DNA of 64,000 bases from Mustelus asterias (lineage: Eukaryota): the NCBI RefSeq assembly GCF_964213995.1, contig NW_027590219.1, positions 62,001 through 126,000 of the forward strand, given 5' to 3'. Under the pieces are notes generated by a model. That model searched no databases. It was not told the DNA's origin and was given only the letters and a program-made list of their open reading frames with translations. A program made the translations under genes and the position numbers. Below, in pieces: positions 63,588-64,000 of this stretch (its first letter is position 1; every line of letters begins with the position of its first letter).

Positions 63588-64000
63588 GTTTGTGTTCTTT
63601 TTAAAACCCAAGCTATACTGCAAAAATGCCGCTTCATGTTTACCCCCTTTAACCATGGGCAAGAGAATCATTACCCTCACCGTGCTCATGTAGAAAGGAG
63701 ACTTATTAAATGCCTTTATTTATCTTGAGAGGATTCGAGTAGATTCGATTACCAATGTTCATTATTTTTCAAGAATATTTCTGCCTTCTGTGTAAAAGTA
63801 GCGAGTAGAGTAACTGTTTCCAATTTCCAACTGCTTTGCACCTTGCACACATCAAAGTCTGATTTAAATAATAATAAGTAAAACATTTGATTGAATATGT
63901 AAATCAATTCAATACATTACTGCTGGCCTCATGCACAGCACCTAATTACAGGGACAGATTAGTATTTGGGAAAGTAACTGGAGTATAATAGGTTTGTTTT

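Overview
Vertebrate genomic DNA, very likely from a cartilaginous fish (HE1-like V-SINEs, abundant CR1, Penelope-type repeats). The left ~21 kb is a cluster of four finger-only C2H2 zinc-finger genes: one intact, one running off the window, two damaged. The first pair is head-to-head around a symmetric promoter. The middle holds a BTBD17-like C-terminal fragment, a 5'-truncated Tx1 retrotransposon and a single TCR alpha/delta-type V pseudogene with an intact 23-RSS. The right part (48.4-63.6 kb) encodes an apparently intact group-B SRCR type I membrane receptor with 7 SRCR exons, linker, stalk, TM and cytoplasmic exons. It has WC1/SCART-like hallmarks: an N-terminal domain lacking the C2-C7 disulfide and a cytoplasmic AIYEEID motif. 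The most novel-looking item is a ~320-330 bp retroposon present in three copies. It begins with U2 snRNA nt 1-39, carries a second internal U2 head and a hairpin-rich body, and one copy has a 9-bp TSD, making it a SINEU-like (snRNA-headed SINE) family. One copy sits inside the splice acceptor of the TCR V exon. A Penelope-type minimal hammerhead ribozyme is also visible. No database searches were run; family assignments rest on recognised motifs and remembered reference sequences, and TE boundaries are approximate unless stated.
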